A DNA stretch of 64,000 nucleotides, taken from the NCBI GenBank assembly GCA_964188305.1, contig OZ076889.1. The stretch is one strand, 5' to 3'. Below are positions 24,121 to 36,665 of this stretch, piece after piece. How positions within the stretch are numbered: position 1 is the stretch's first letter; each line of letters begins with the position of its first letter. Below the pieces are notes generated by a model. It ran no database searches and was not told where the DNA came from. It saw nothing but the letters and a program-made list of their open reading frames with translations. Origin of the DNA: Podarcis bocagei. Its lineage: Eukaryota. The translations under genes were made by a program, and so were the position numbers.

Positions 24121-26551
24121 GCTGGAGTAAGGGTTAGGTCAGCAATAAACCACCTGGTGTCAGTAAAGTTAGCTCTTTATTCAAATAAGCCAAAACAGCA
24201 CAGGCCTAGTGATCACAGCTACTCTGCCCAAGAGGCCTTGCCCCAATGAGGCAGTTGCAAGGACTAGAGGTCCCCACCTTCCCATTGCTCTCTAAGGCTC
24301 CTCACCTGGTTACTTCCCCAGCAACCTAAGGCTTTGTCTTCATTTCTCTGCATGTTCTGGGAGACTGGGGGGGAATAAGTATTATCTTTTATATGTTTTT
24401 AGCTTACTACCGGTATATTTTTTTTCTGTGTTGTTTTAATTTGTGTAAACCACCTTCAATCCCAGTCTGGGAGAAAAGTGGGATATAAAAAAAAATATCA
24501 TCATCAACAAAAAAGGTATACCGGTAAACACGCAAATCCCTTGGTGACAGCACAATCATCAGATATACAAGTATCAGCTTCACCAAAGGCAATGCTTTTG
24601 GCTTGGAACAAATATTCAACTTTTATGTGTTGACTGAACATGTGCCAAACAAAAACTAAAGTTTTTTGTAAGGTGCAACATAAATCCAACTTCACTTTGT
24701 CAACAACTGTTAACCACTAAAACATCTCTAGCACACAAACAAGGTTTGATATGGCCTTTCAGTCCACATCTGATTTCCAACAGTTCATTTCCGTTTCAAA
24801 ATTATGCATTCACTGAGAAAAGATCACAATGGGGAAACATCCATTTACAGAAAGCGTAACTTAAAAACAAGGTCAAGCTGTAAATATGTTTCAAATTCTT
24901 ATGAGGAAAAATAAACTGCAGCCAATTGTTGTTATTGCAGTTATTTCCACAAAATGTTAACAGGAAAAAACACTATTCTAATCCAATTGCTTTTATTCAA
25001 AGCACATTATTTAATTCCAGCAGTAAAAACATCCATTTTAAGTGATGTGACTCCAAAAGTAATAATACAGTCACTGATCCCAGAGATGAAAGACAATCAT
25101 CTGCTACTTCTGCGTCACAATGTCCAAAGTTACAACTGAATGTACAAAACCATATTTATTGCTAGAAAATATCATGTTTCTCTGTTCATCAGAAAATTAG
25201 CCTTTTAACTGGCCTTTAATACTTTAGCTATTCAGTACTGAGAATGCAACTAAATAAACAGTGACAAAATGTTTAACTCCAAGAATAGGAAGACATTCTT
25301 AACATACTCCAAATCTCAAAAGTACATATTAATTCAAAGTAACTTAATATTTCTTGTTGCATAAACAAGGTCTTGGGTTATTTAAGATCCAGAAGCTGAA
25401 TTTCTCTCTCCCAGCCCACACCAACTGTCTAAACCACTACTGATCTAGACCACAAAGCCTACCACACTTTGCTACTTCATCAACTTTGCTACTTCATCAG
25501 CCTCCTATACCCAGCAAAGGCCAAATGTGGGCAGGGGCGCGGTTATGAATAATTCACTGTTGGATGTTCAGCTGTTGAGGATTCACGTGGAAAAGCACTA
25601 TCTCTATACCTTGAAGGTTATATGCAGTTCACAAACCTTCCCAACCTCCACTTGTCAAAATGACAAGCATATATTTATACAGCTAATAATGTATTAAACC
25701 TAATTGATGAACCATATGATTTTATCACGAGAGGGATTCATATAAGAAGCCTGATCAGCAGAACCTCTGCTTGCACAAATGGGGACTTCTGCTTATGCAG
25801 TGGGGCTCCCCCACCCCTCTCTACACCCCACTGCATGCATCCCAAAATTGACTTGTGGAAGTTGTAGAACCCCAACAGTGCACAGGGAGAGGAGAGAAGG
25901 GATTGTTTCATCTGTGCAAACTGAAATTCACAATGCTGAATTCCATGCAACATTACTAGATTTTACAGATGACAGTTTTAGAGTAAGTTTAGAAACTGCT
26001 ACACAATAAGTTAGCAACATAAACCAGGTTAATTAATTTGAAGCTTATATAAATTAATCTCTTTTGCAATACTATGTAACTGCCATAATAACTCACTGAC
26101 AATTTATACACTCTGCTATGTACACTAATACCACTATTCTACAGACTACATTGTATTTAGCATACTAATAAAATGAAATTTTCACTCAAACGTTGCAATA
26201 AAACCTGAAATGTAAAATTCTAATTTTTGAATTAGCTTTCAAAAACAAAAACAATGAAGTTTTACACTGAAATTCTATACATGTCTACTCAGCAATAAGA
26301 CCCACTGAGTTCAATGGGGCTTGCTTCTAGATAGACAGATATAAGACTGCAGCCTTAAAGTCAACTTCCTGCTATACTCTCACACTAAAATAATACACTT
26401 AAATCATAGTTCTTGCAGAATTCAAGTGTCTTCTAAAGAAAACTATTGTTTAAATGAAATTACACTAAGGCAGATGTAATAGTATTTGAAAAACTAGGGG
26501 CTTGAATAACAAACAAAAAGCAGAATCCATGGTTACCATAGTTACACATAC

Positions 26552-28065
26552 TCTTTGTTGTGTTTCAATGCCACATGATCTGATTCAAAGAAATACACAT
26601 CAGGCTCTTCCTCTTCCTCTTCTACAGCATGAAGATTGGCACTCTCTTTGGCAGATGGTTGGGATCCAGTAACAAGTCTAGCCTCTGGGGGTGGTTTACT
26701 TAGTCCTTCATCTATATATTCCCCGGAATCACAACTTCTCTCTTTCTCATTCAGAACAGTATCTGTGTTTACAGAAGACCCATTGATATTGGTAATACTT
26801 GATTCTACATTCGTTTCAGCGGCACTGTGATTGTTCTCCTCAAGCTGTCCATTTTCTCTACATGGAGAGTTATGTTTAGTAGGGCTACCTTTTGCTGTGC
26901 CCACCCTCCATGGTGATGTTCTTAGTGTGTATCTGTGTTCTTGAGGTTCTGACACAGATGCAATTTGAGTGGAAACACAGTCCAAAACAGAAACTGATGG
27001 TTCAGGTTCACCTGAGACTGATGTACTGTCATGACAATTGCCCAGGTTGCTGTTGGTTTTTTCAGACTGTTCTTTTGAGGCACTGCTATCACCCACCACG
27101 TCTACTTCCTCCTCAGAATCCCTTAATAAAGGTGACTGGATTTCAGAAGAGGACCCCGTACCCGTACCTGACTCATGTGCCTGATTAGTAGTTTCCTCAG
27201 GCAAACAGTTGTTTAATTGTTTGTGGTCCTCTAATGTTAACTGTTCTTGTGAATTTGTGCAAGGCACACTGTGGTCAACAAAACTGTCCTCTTTATTTCT
27301 GTTGAGAAAAAATGATGAGTGGGCCAATGAATTTCCATTTTCTGCAACATCTTTTTCCTTAGATGAACAGGAAACAACATTGTTTTGTGCTGTATTCCCA
27401 TCAGGCTGACAGTTGTCACACTTTGCAGCATTTGGACCTCTCCCATCAACTCCATTGACAGTCTGACAACCTGCAAGTTCTTCGGATACTGAGAAACTGT
27501 TAATTTTTTCTGCACAAGAATTCACTTTTTTAACTTCCCTTTTATCACTATCGTCCAATATAAGACATCGACAAGCTCGTTTAGCTCCTGGAGTGACTGC
27601 AGCATTGTCTGGTACTGAACTCTTGCGTTCCAATCGTTCCTTCCCTGTTTTAGAGGACAACACTTCTTCTGAACTGTTTTGTCCCTCTGAACGCAGGCAG
27701 CGCTTAACTCGCTTTAAAACTGGTGAATGAGGTTCCCCTTGTTTCTTCTCACAATTGTCCACAATTTGTTTCTCAACACTATCCTTTTCTGAAGCTGATA
27801 GTCCCCTCTTTCGAGGGCTTACCCATGATTCCCTAGAACTTTGCTGTTTCACATCAGTGTTACTTCGTGCACTGTTATTTCCCTTTTGAGTCTGCAGAGA
27901 GTCTGGCTTCTTCTTTGGTGATCTTGATCTTACTTGTGGAAGAGAAGAAACTTCCTCTGGATGAGCGATGCTACGATTTCTTAAAGTTCGGCCACAAAAA
28001 TTTTCATCCAAACCATTTAACCCTACTGTTGATCTTGTGACACGAGTAGATCGAGAAGCAGCCAT
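26552..28065 (-). CDS. ZZZ3: ZZZ3 first coding exon (large, disordered N-terminus); exon begins at acceptor 28116
   Basis: ATG at 28065 gives [38 protein letters not shown]...[16 protein letters not shown]. Donor GA|gtatgt at 26552/26551. 1514 coding nt; total spliced CDS 2724 nt (907 aa). Confidence 0.97.
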
Positions 28066-31000
28066 ACTATGGCAAGTCCCTAAAGTATGTTCCTCATGAT
28101 CCACTCATTCCGAAACCTTCAAAGAAAGGTAAATAAAACAATGAGAAAAAGCATTGTCTGTAGTAGAAAATATGCTAACATTTCAATTTTATGACTAAAT
28201 AAGGATCTCTATTATGGTAGTTTCCTTGTGACAGAAGGCAATCATCTAAATTTCTTAGCAGATGTTAACACTAACTGCTCAATATTGACACTACTATTTA
28301 TATAACAGAGGGTCAGAAAAAGGTTTTGACACTAAAGCAGGTTTATAAAATGAAAATCATTTTCTTTCAGTTAAGCCAAACAGAAAAGTTACATAAACCA
28401 TTGTTTCTGGCATTAAATGAAGAGGAAGGAATTCTAATGCATTTAAGAGAACATACAAAAAAGTTCTATCTAATTTCAACAGTATTTTTCAATTTATAAT
28501 TCAAAAAAGGACTAAAAATCTACAACTCAAGCAGTGAATCATCTACTTCTACACTCATAACCCAAAAGGATATCCTACGACTAAAGAAGGAGTTGAAAAT
28601 TTTATTCAAAGGCATGTTGCAAACATGCTTATCATTTCTTCACTCACTTTAAGACGAAAGTCAATTACTGTACTCATCTCCCAAGACAATTTGTTCATTT
28701 CAAGCAAAACCACAGTGATGGCTTTCATCATTTGACTGTAGGGAAAAAAACCAACCCATAAAAGTTGTCTACTCTTATGGCTCAGCACTAAGTCAACCAA
28801 TGCACTCTGGTCTAAGTAAAGGAAATAAGCATATGGATATAAATTTATCTAATCAAAGACAGTCTGCTTGAATTCACTGCTAATGCTAAGCTTTTAAAAA
28901 TGTAGAGGAATATATTTCACAATGCTTCACTTTATTCACAACTAGAATCTCATCCACTAATGATAGGGTCTATCATCATCCCTAAAAGTTGCATCAGGTT
29001 TTACCTTTGGGGATAAAAATTCCCAGGCTTCAAGTATGTTGGAACTGGGCTACACGATTCTTGACAAAGACCTGGTGGGTTCTTGAAACAGAACCTCAGT
29101 CATCTCTCCTATGCTGGGTCCTTATGTTAACTCAGTGGCATGTGACTCCCTGTGCCTACGAGTCCCATGCCACTGGTGTAATTTAAGAAGCCTAAGACCA
29201 TGTGGGATATGCTATCACATCTCTTCCTTGTGCCAAGGTCAATCCTTGCAAAAACTGAATTAATGCTTGTGTCAGGAGGAGCTGCTGACAAAAACAAATC
29301 AACAAGTCAACAGTGAATAAGTAGAAGATCATATATGCCTCTAATTCAAAACTTGTCTACTGAAACTAGAAATAAAGACTATGGAAAAATAAAGCAAATG
29401 GGGCTAAAAAAATTATGCACATTTATTCAGCAGTAAACCTCATTAAACTTAGTGAAACTTGCTTCAGGGTAATCCTGTACAAGACTGGACTGTTACTATT
29501 TTATACCACAGTTTCACTCTAAGTTAAAACTGATAGATATCAAGATGTACTTAATTGATTGAGCCTCATGTACAATCAACTGCACTAAAAACCAAAGTTA
29601 ATGGGTTAAATAATTTAGCAGGATAAGACGCAATCATAATCAAATGGAACATCAAGATTTTTTTTTTAAAAAAAAAAACCTAGGAGAAACTAGGACCAGA
29701 TTCTAAACTACACTGACTCCGATATCTTATGGAATAAGATGGTAGTCCCTGCTTCATTTTCAGAAGGTTTTATAAGCTAAATAATATAAATATATTAAGC
29801 AACAGAGAGGCTCCCTAAACCACTACTGACTTATAAATACTAGAATTATAAGAATTTTGGAATAATAGTGGAAGTAACTTATAAATTTAGGGAACATGGA
29901 TCATGGATCTGTACACAAACAAAACCAAATTCTAATGTAAAATAAATTATACCCACTTCTAAATTGTAAAAATTGTCCAAGCTTTAAAGCCATTTCCTAT
30001 TTTTTTCCATTAAAGAGATGGACTGCTGGGAAAACAAAAGTTGAGGCTCGTTATTTTGATCTATGTGATATAACTACTCTCATACCCTTTTTCAGGAGAA
30101 AAAACTGTGATAAATTATGTCCTTTTAGTGGGAACAAAGTAGGCCCTACAAAAAAACAACAACACCTTGTATATGAATGCTAAGAAAACAGCTAATGTAA
30201 CTCCTTGCAAATGAAAGGAACATTTGTTTCAAATTATCCAGTTTAGTGAGGTGTTTTAAAGGAGTATTCTGCTCAATAATGTAAGCATGCTTCAAAAGCA
30301 AAATCTGAAATACTTAATACAAATATTTTATTTGGGAGGATGAAATGTTTGTTTTCCTATCTTCCAGAAAGCCATGATATCAAGGAAGCAAAGCCTAGAT
30401 GAGATAATCCTAAATGTCTGGTGCACGAAGCATACTATATGGCAGGAATGGACAACAAATAGCCCTCCAAATGTTGCTGGACTATTACATTAATTGGAAC
30501 TGGTGAGAGTTCAACAGCATCTGGAGGGCTATAGGTCCCCATCCCTGCTACATGGAGTCTAACCACAGATGGGGAATATTCTTTGTCCCTAAAACTGGGA
30601 GTATACATTATTCATGAAAATTTAACAAGGGATTCTGAACTAAAGTTACTGGGTTTGGCAATAAGCAAATGCTATGATGTTTTGATCAAGAAAATAAATT
30701 GTTGTACACTTCAAATGGTCTATCCTTAGTAATCAAGCTGTAACTGAATTGGATTTCTGGATTTATCATGTCACACCTTTCCAACCTTTGCAGTCCCACA
30801 ACCACTGATGCATTCCATGAAGAATGTAATGACACAGGGAAAACAAGCCTGGCCCAGCCACCTGCATGGTGTTGGCTTCTCTGCCAGAAGAACAGTTCAC
30901 TCCGCTTTATAATTGCCAGTTGTCCAGCAACTGCAGGGCTAAAGGGAAGTATAATCTACCCTGATCCATCATTCTAATGACAACTGGGATGTGTGTGCAT

Positions 31001-31200
31001 TGGGGAGGGGTGACTATATACCATCACCACGTATACCATCAGCCAGCTTGAAGATCTTCATTGCAGAAGCCAGGGCACAAAGATTCAAATAAATCTCCAA
31101 AAATGACATAATTCCCCATGATAGTCAGTTTTGGAAATGTGAAAAAGACTAGTATGAAAATGAAGTTAAACCCCATTTTAAAGACCCTGATCATCTAGCC

Positions 31201-31379
31201 CAGGGGTTGTCAACCTGGTCCCTACTGTCCACTAGCGGGTGTTTCGGGATTCTAGGTGGGTGGTAGGGGGTTCTACGGCACAAGCTGAATCCTCCTTCCA
31301 TCAAGCACAGGTAAGGAAATTTTACCATCAAGAAAGATGAATTCGTGGGCGGTAGGTATAAAAAGGTTGACTACCCCTG
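31201..31379. mobile_element. hAT-type MITE inserted in an older SINE
   Basis: TIR CAGGGGTTGTCAACCT / AGGTTGACTACCCCTG. TSD ATCTAGCC / ATCTAGTC (7/8). Flanks rejoin as a CR1-tailed SINE motif (tcatctagtccaacc). Confidence 0.85.
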
Positions 31380-32434
31380 ATCTAGTCCAACCCTCTGCAA
31401 TGAAGGAATATGCAGCTGTCCCATATGTGGCGTTATCAGCAACATGCACTAACCAACTCCAACATTACACAGCAAAGAGCATGTGAAGGTTCTGCCCTTA
31501 GAACCAACTGCATCCATCTTTTATTAGAATCCATTCTGTTTGAAAGATACCTGATAAATTTAAAGTTCTGTCTATAAGGAACAATGCCCAAGTAGAGAAA
31601 GGATGTGGAATTTATAGGGAAGCTCTATGACAGAAAACTGACACACATTAACCAAATTAGAATAAAAACTAGTTCTCATAAGTTATGACTATGCCATAAT
31701 AATTCATATTCCACACAATTATATTTTATGAAGGGCTGGTTCAGATATGTTGAGATGTTAAATAACTATCTTCATGCAGGTGTTCTTTGTATAGCAAGCA
31801 GCAGCATGTGGATTCCTATGAATCCATAAGCAAGCAGTCACATGTAATTCCTATGACTGCCAAAAGTCTTTCTGAAGCTATCACAATCATGGCAATCTAA
31901 GCAATCATAGGTAACAAGGTACAGTACATACATATTTGCATTTCACAATGTAGAAAAGCACAAATCCCTAGACATCTGTGCAGAGGTAGGTGCTACACGT
32001 ATATTTCCCTGAAATGACTAATCTCATGCAAGAAATGCAGCCTTTCTTCTTAACATCCCATGCCTTTAAATACTAGAGTTAAACAGCAGGCAATACCAAT
32101 TCAATTATGATCCAAACAACCCTACATTGGGGATTTTCCTTGGGTTTTGTATAAAAAGAGATTCTATTTCCACTAAAAATGAAACAGAACAAAGATAAAC
32201 AAGTTGTCACCTTAAGTAAATGATGGCACTATGTAGATTAGAGAAATATGTGGAGTATATTACATTGCATTATAAGTTATAGCAAACAAGTGAAACCTGA
32301 AACAAATTTTTCAGTGCATCCTTGTCTCCTAACAGGAATGATCCAGGCAGGGGTTCTTGCTAGGCAGGCATGACCTCCTCCAGGATTCTATAAGCTACAA
32401 AGAGCTCCTAACTCAGGGCATTCCTCTTCTCCAC

Positions 32435-32989
32435 TAGTCCTGTGCGATATCTGGTTTTCAACATGTTGATATATCGCTAGCTAAACATCATCATACAGTG
32501 GTACCTCGCAACTCGAATGGCTCCGTTCTCAAACATTTCGGCTCCCAAACGCCGAAAACCTGGAAGTGCTCCGATTTTCAAATGTTATTCGAAACATGGA
32601 AGTCCGACGCAGCTTCCACTGTGCAAAAACAGAGCTGTTGGCCAATCGGAAGCTGCGCCTCGGAACTCGAACATTTCAGAAGTTGAACAGTCTTCTGGAA
32701 CGGATTACGTTTGAGTTCTGAGGTACCACTGTATACTGATATATCACAATGTCTGAAATAAGGATGGAAGTATGCAAAGGCGAACAGTGGAGCTGGGCAA
32801 TATCTGGTTTTCAACATCGCAATGTATCACCATGTCTGAAATAAAGATTTTCTTGCATCGTAATTTTTGCATAGTGCAAAATATACCACAGATTTGTAGT
32901 ATATTGCTGGGTCAAAAATTATGAAACTGATATAACGATATAGAATTCAAACCGGTTTTGAATGATATATTATATATCGCCTAGCCCTA
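32435..32989. mobile_element. hAT-type non-autonomous element hosting a nested MITE
   Basis: Perfect 8-bp TSD TTCTCCAC (32427-32434, 32990-32997). Termini TAGTCCTGTGCGATAT / ATATCGCCTAGCCCTA. Internal direct repeat of atatctggttttcaacat. Confidence 0.8.
32496..32731. mobile_element. Tc1/mariner-type MITE (nested)
   Basis: TIR CAGTGGTACCTCGCAACTCGAA / TTTGAGTTCTGAGGTACCACTG, TA-flanked. Confidence 0.88.
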
Positions 32990-33033
32990 TTCTCCACCAT
33001 ACACCCACACTCATTTTATTTTTCCAACTGGTA

Positions 33034-33262
33034 CAGTGATACCTTGTTTTGAGTCCAGGATCAGTTCCAGAGCACCGGACGCTCCACAAAGTGCTGCTCT
33101 GGGCATACGCGCGGAGTGGTTTACGCTTCTGCACGATTTAGCACTTCTGCACATGCGCGAGCGGCAAACCCGGAAGTAACCCATTCCGGTACTTCTTGGT
33201 TTGCCGAGGATATTCACCAAAATGGATGGTCAACGGGGCGGACATTCACGGAGGTATTACTG
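33034..33262. mobile_element. Tc1/mariner-type MITE
   Basis: TIR CAGTGATACCT / AGGTATTACTG, TA-flanked. Internal CCGGAAGT-containing hairpin. Confidence 0.75.
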
Positions 33263-33421
33263 TACTCGATTTTCAATGGTTTCTGAGCATGGGGTTGGAG
33301 TTTTCTGCACCTTAGTTCTGCATGGTTCCCCTGAGCATGTCAATATTCTACTTGTTTTTCAGCGGACCCATGTTGCCTCTGTATCTATCAGCACTCACCA
33401 CCTGAGTTTCAGAGGCATGTA

Positions 33422-33665
33422 CAGTCATACCTCATGTTACAGATGCTTCAGGTTACGTCTTTTCAGGTTGTATCCCGCGGCAACCCGGAAGTACCGGAAA
33501 GGGTTACTTCCAGGTTTAGCCGCTCGTGCATGTGCACAAGCACTAAACTGTGCTTTGCGCATACACACAAGCGCCAAATCACACCACGCACCTACGCAGA
33601 TACGACGCTTCAGGTTGCGAAGGGGCCTTCAGAACAGATCCCGTTCGCAACCAGAGGTACAACTG
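33422..33665. mobile_element. Tc1/mariner-type MITE
   Basis: TIR CAGTCATACCTC / GAGGTACAACTG, TA-flanked. Core is reverse-complement-related to 33034-33262. Confidence 0.8.
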
Positions 33666-34027
33666 TAGAGTCACTGATTAACACAGTGATTTACAAAATA
33701 CATGAGGAGTTTACTCATGTAAACTCCTGACACAGGGCAAGCAAATGGAGGCAGAGTTAAAGGTGGGAGGAACATGCATGTATTTCAATTATACATGCAC
33801 CAATATATATGCACAGACTCCTAACATGTTCCAAATAGTTTGGAGTACTGGAGAAGACAATAATCTATTCTATACTAATGGCTGACAATGGTAATTCAAT
33901 ATTATTATTTAACAATTTATACACTACTTTTCCACAAATGTACAAAAGGCAATTTACAGAAATCAAAATACCACAAAAGACAAAATGTCTAATTATAAAG
34001 CATCATAATTAGAAATATTTAAAAGAG

Positions 34028-34283
34028 CAGGGATGTCCAACCAGTAGATTGCAATCTACTGGCAGATCCCTGGATCTTTATTGTGTACAAAAAGTTACGG
34101 GGGGAAAGCTAAAAAACTCTGTGCAATCCTCAACAACTCTGGGAACTTCCCTCCTAAAAAAAGCTCAACAATCCACTCATCCCACGCACGCTCTTCCTCC
34201 CGTCAATGACAATGGGTAGATCACTGCCAGTTTTTTTTTATACTGGGAATAGATCACAGTCTCTTGGGAGTTGGACATGCCTG
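34028..34283. mobile_element. hAT-type MITE
   Basis: TIR CAGGGATGTCCAAC / GTTGGACATGCCTG. Degenerate 8-bp TSD TAAAAGAG / TACTAGAG. gtagatc subterminal motifs. Confidence 0.75.
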
Positions 34284-35519
34284 TACTAGAGGATATATCA
34301 CATCCCTGGGTGTCTGGTTTCAGACTTCAAAAGATTCATCCATAAATAGGAGAAGAAAGTGATTCATAATACTAAATATTCATTCTTTTTTATATACATG
34401 CAGGTTTCACTACCTGAAGATAATGCATTCTCAGGAAATTGTTTGTTAGGTGAGCGTTCACATAATGAGCCAATTGATTCCTATGCAACAATTTCTAATG
34501 TGTCCCCAACCACTGAATTTTGAGCCCAAAATGACAAGAAAACCTGGGAAAACCCAGGAAAACATTCTGAAACTTGCAAAATGCAAACAAGGAAGGAAAG
34601 AAATGCTCTCTTATTTGTCTGACCAACAAAATGCAAAAAGTTAATCTTGTTTAAGACTGCTTACAGTCCTGCATGCAGGTCCGGCTGTTTGGATATCTGA
34701 TTCTGCCATATGTACAGCAAGTTTTGGATACTAATTGCTTGTGTTTGGATAAGTGATTTTTTGTATAACATGCATTTGAATAACAGGACCTGTGTGTATA
34801 TGTAAGTTGACAGGTGTATATATATCCTATCACAAAATGTTTGGTGTTTACATGGACTTCAGAGTAAATCTAACTGGTCATTAGAATAAATACAATAACA
34901 TTTAAAAGATTTAATGATACAAGAAACCACAATAATTTTAAACAAATATATTTCATTTCCTACCATTGCAAAAATGAATAGAATATGAACTTCTCTTCTG
35001 AGCTTTGAGGAATTCCAGTGTAGCTCCACTAAGCTTAATAGTCACCATTGCTAATGTCCATGATGCATGCCAGACATCATTTTCAAGCAATTTACATTTC
35101 TTTTAACAAGGATACTGTAGGAAAGAGACAACAGAATTAAGAAAAAGTCAGTGTATTTACTGTCCATATGGCATGGCATATGACAACCTTCAAAGTATTC
35201 ACTCTTTCCTGTTTGCAAACAATGTAGGTTAAAAAAAGAATATGGAGGGACAGCGACTTTTTATGATGGTTCTACACTTACCTACAGGGCCAATTCCAAA
35301 ATGTGGTCCCATGGGATTTCTGCTTTACCCCACAGCATATTTGCTTATCCCACAAGGTTTCATCTTATCCCCATGATGTTAAATACCTATTTGAATCTGC
35401 TAAGCGAAGTAGTTCAATGAGTTGGAGTGTATTGTCATCCATTTGGAAATGACACAAAGCTCCATTTGACATTCTTTTCATAGCCTGGTGGGAATAGACC
35501 AGTGTGTGGATGCAGAAAT

Positions 35520-35730
35520 AGAATGGGCAAGGGCAAACAAACTGAGATTCAATCCAGACAAAACTGGCACAGTTTGTAAGATGTTCCTCAGCTTGGATGA
35601 GTGGGATTCAACACTGCCTTAGAATGACCAAGGACCAAGGCTGAGGTTGCTACTAGAGCCATCATTTTCACTGAAGGCTCAAGTGGCACATGTGGCACAG
35701 AATGCCTTCTAACAGTTTAGGATGGTATTC
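35520..35730 (+). mobile_element. Old L2 LINE fragment
   Basis: aaactgagattcaatccagacaaaact (KLRFNPDKT) and ctgaaggctcaagtggcacatgtggca match L2 ORF2 motifs. Confidence 0.55.
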
Positions 35731-35881
35731 ATTAAGACATCCAATGCAGGTGGATAATCTAGTTGACATAATCCACTAGTTGAAAAGCAGTGCTCTATAT
35801 TATCACAATCATGCTTTAATTGTTACAGCAATCAGTTAGCATGGATACTTGTTAAGTGTGGGGGGGTATGGGTACGGGTAT

Positions 35882-35883
<2 letters not shown>

Positions 35884-35964
<81 letters not shown>
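35884..35964. repeat. Compound (GT)17(AC)23 microsatellite
   Basis: A GT run directly abuts an AC run at a central GTAC. Confidence 0.95.
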
Positions 35965-35965
<1 letters not shown>

Positions 35966-36410
35966 TTTACCCTAGAGTGAACTTGTTCAATTCACCAATT
36001 CACAGCATTTTTACCTCCCTATTACATTTATAATAGTCTTAAACTAACAAAAACCTCTCACTACAGGAGAAAAACATGGCATTTGGCTTCTCAGACTCTC
36101 ACACAAACAGAAAAGCAATAACTTTAGCAATATCTTTAGCAAGGACACAAAAATTCCCTGCAATTCCTCTAATAAGTAGCCTCATTAGAGAGAGAAAGCC
36201 TCTCCCTATCATATGACCATTCCCAGAGACACTCTTGCCAAAGATACTATCATTTCCTAAGTGGTGTGAAATATACATAAATCACAGATTCGGTAGTTGA
36301 GGAGAAAGCATTATTTTTTCACATGTCCGTAAATGGATTGTTTTGATTCTGTTTTCCTTACAACCAATTAGCAAAGGTAGCCTCCATGCTACCTACAGTT
36401 AAAATAAATA

Positions 36411-36665
36411 CAGTGGTGCCTCTAGTTATGAACTTAATTCGTTCCAGAGGTCCGTTAAGACCTGAAACTGTTAATAAGGTTAAGACCTGAAACTGTTCTT
36501 AACTAGAGGCGTGCTTACGGTAATGAGGCCTCTTGCTGCTGCTGCTGCTGCCCTGCTGGCACACGATTTCCGTTCTCATCCTGGGGCAAAGTTCTCAACT
36601 TGAGGTAACTCTTCCAGGTTAGCGGAGTTTGTAACCTGAAGCGTTTGTAACTCGAGGTACCACTG
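36411..36665. mobile_element. Tc1/mariner-type MITE (family of 12758-12999, inverted)
   Basis: TIR CAGTGGTGCCTCTAGTTA / TAACTCGAGGTACCACTG, TA-flanked. Confidence 0.88.

Noticed and set aside
28066-28104. 13-aa N-terminal extension of ZZZ3 ([13 protein letters not shown]) in the ORF track
   Set aside because: It starts at GTG in weak context directly after an in-frame TGA (28107-28105). The recognised ZZZ3 N-terminus starts at ATG 28065.
34414-34480. Possible 67-nt non-coding 5' UTR exon of ZZZ3 (gcatag|GAATC...CAG|gtagtg)
   Set aside because: Supported only by modest splice-site matches. It cannot be distinguished from chance without transcript data.
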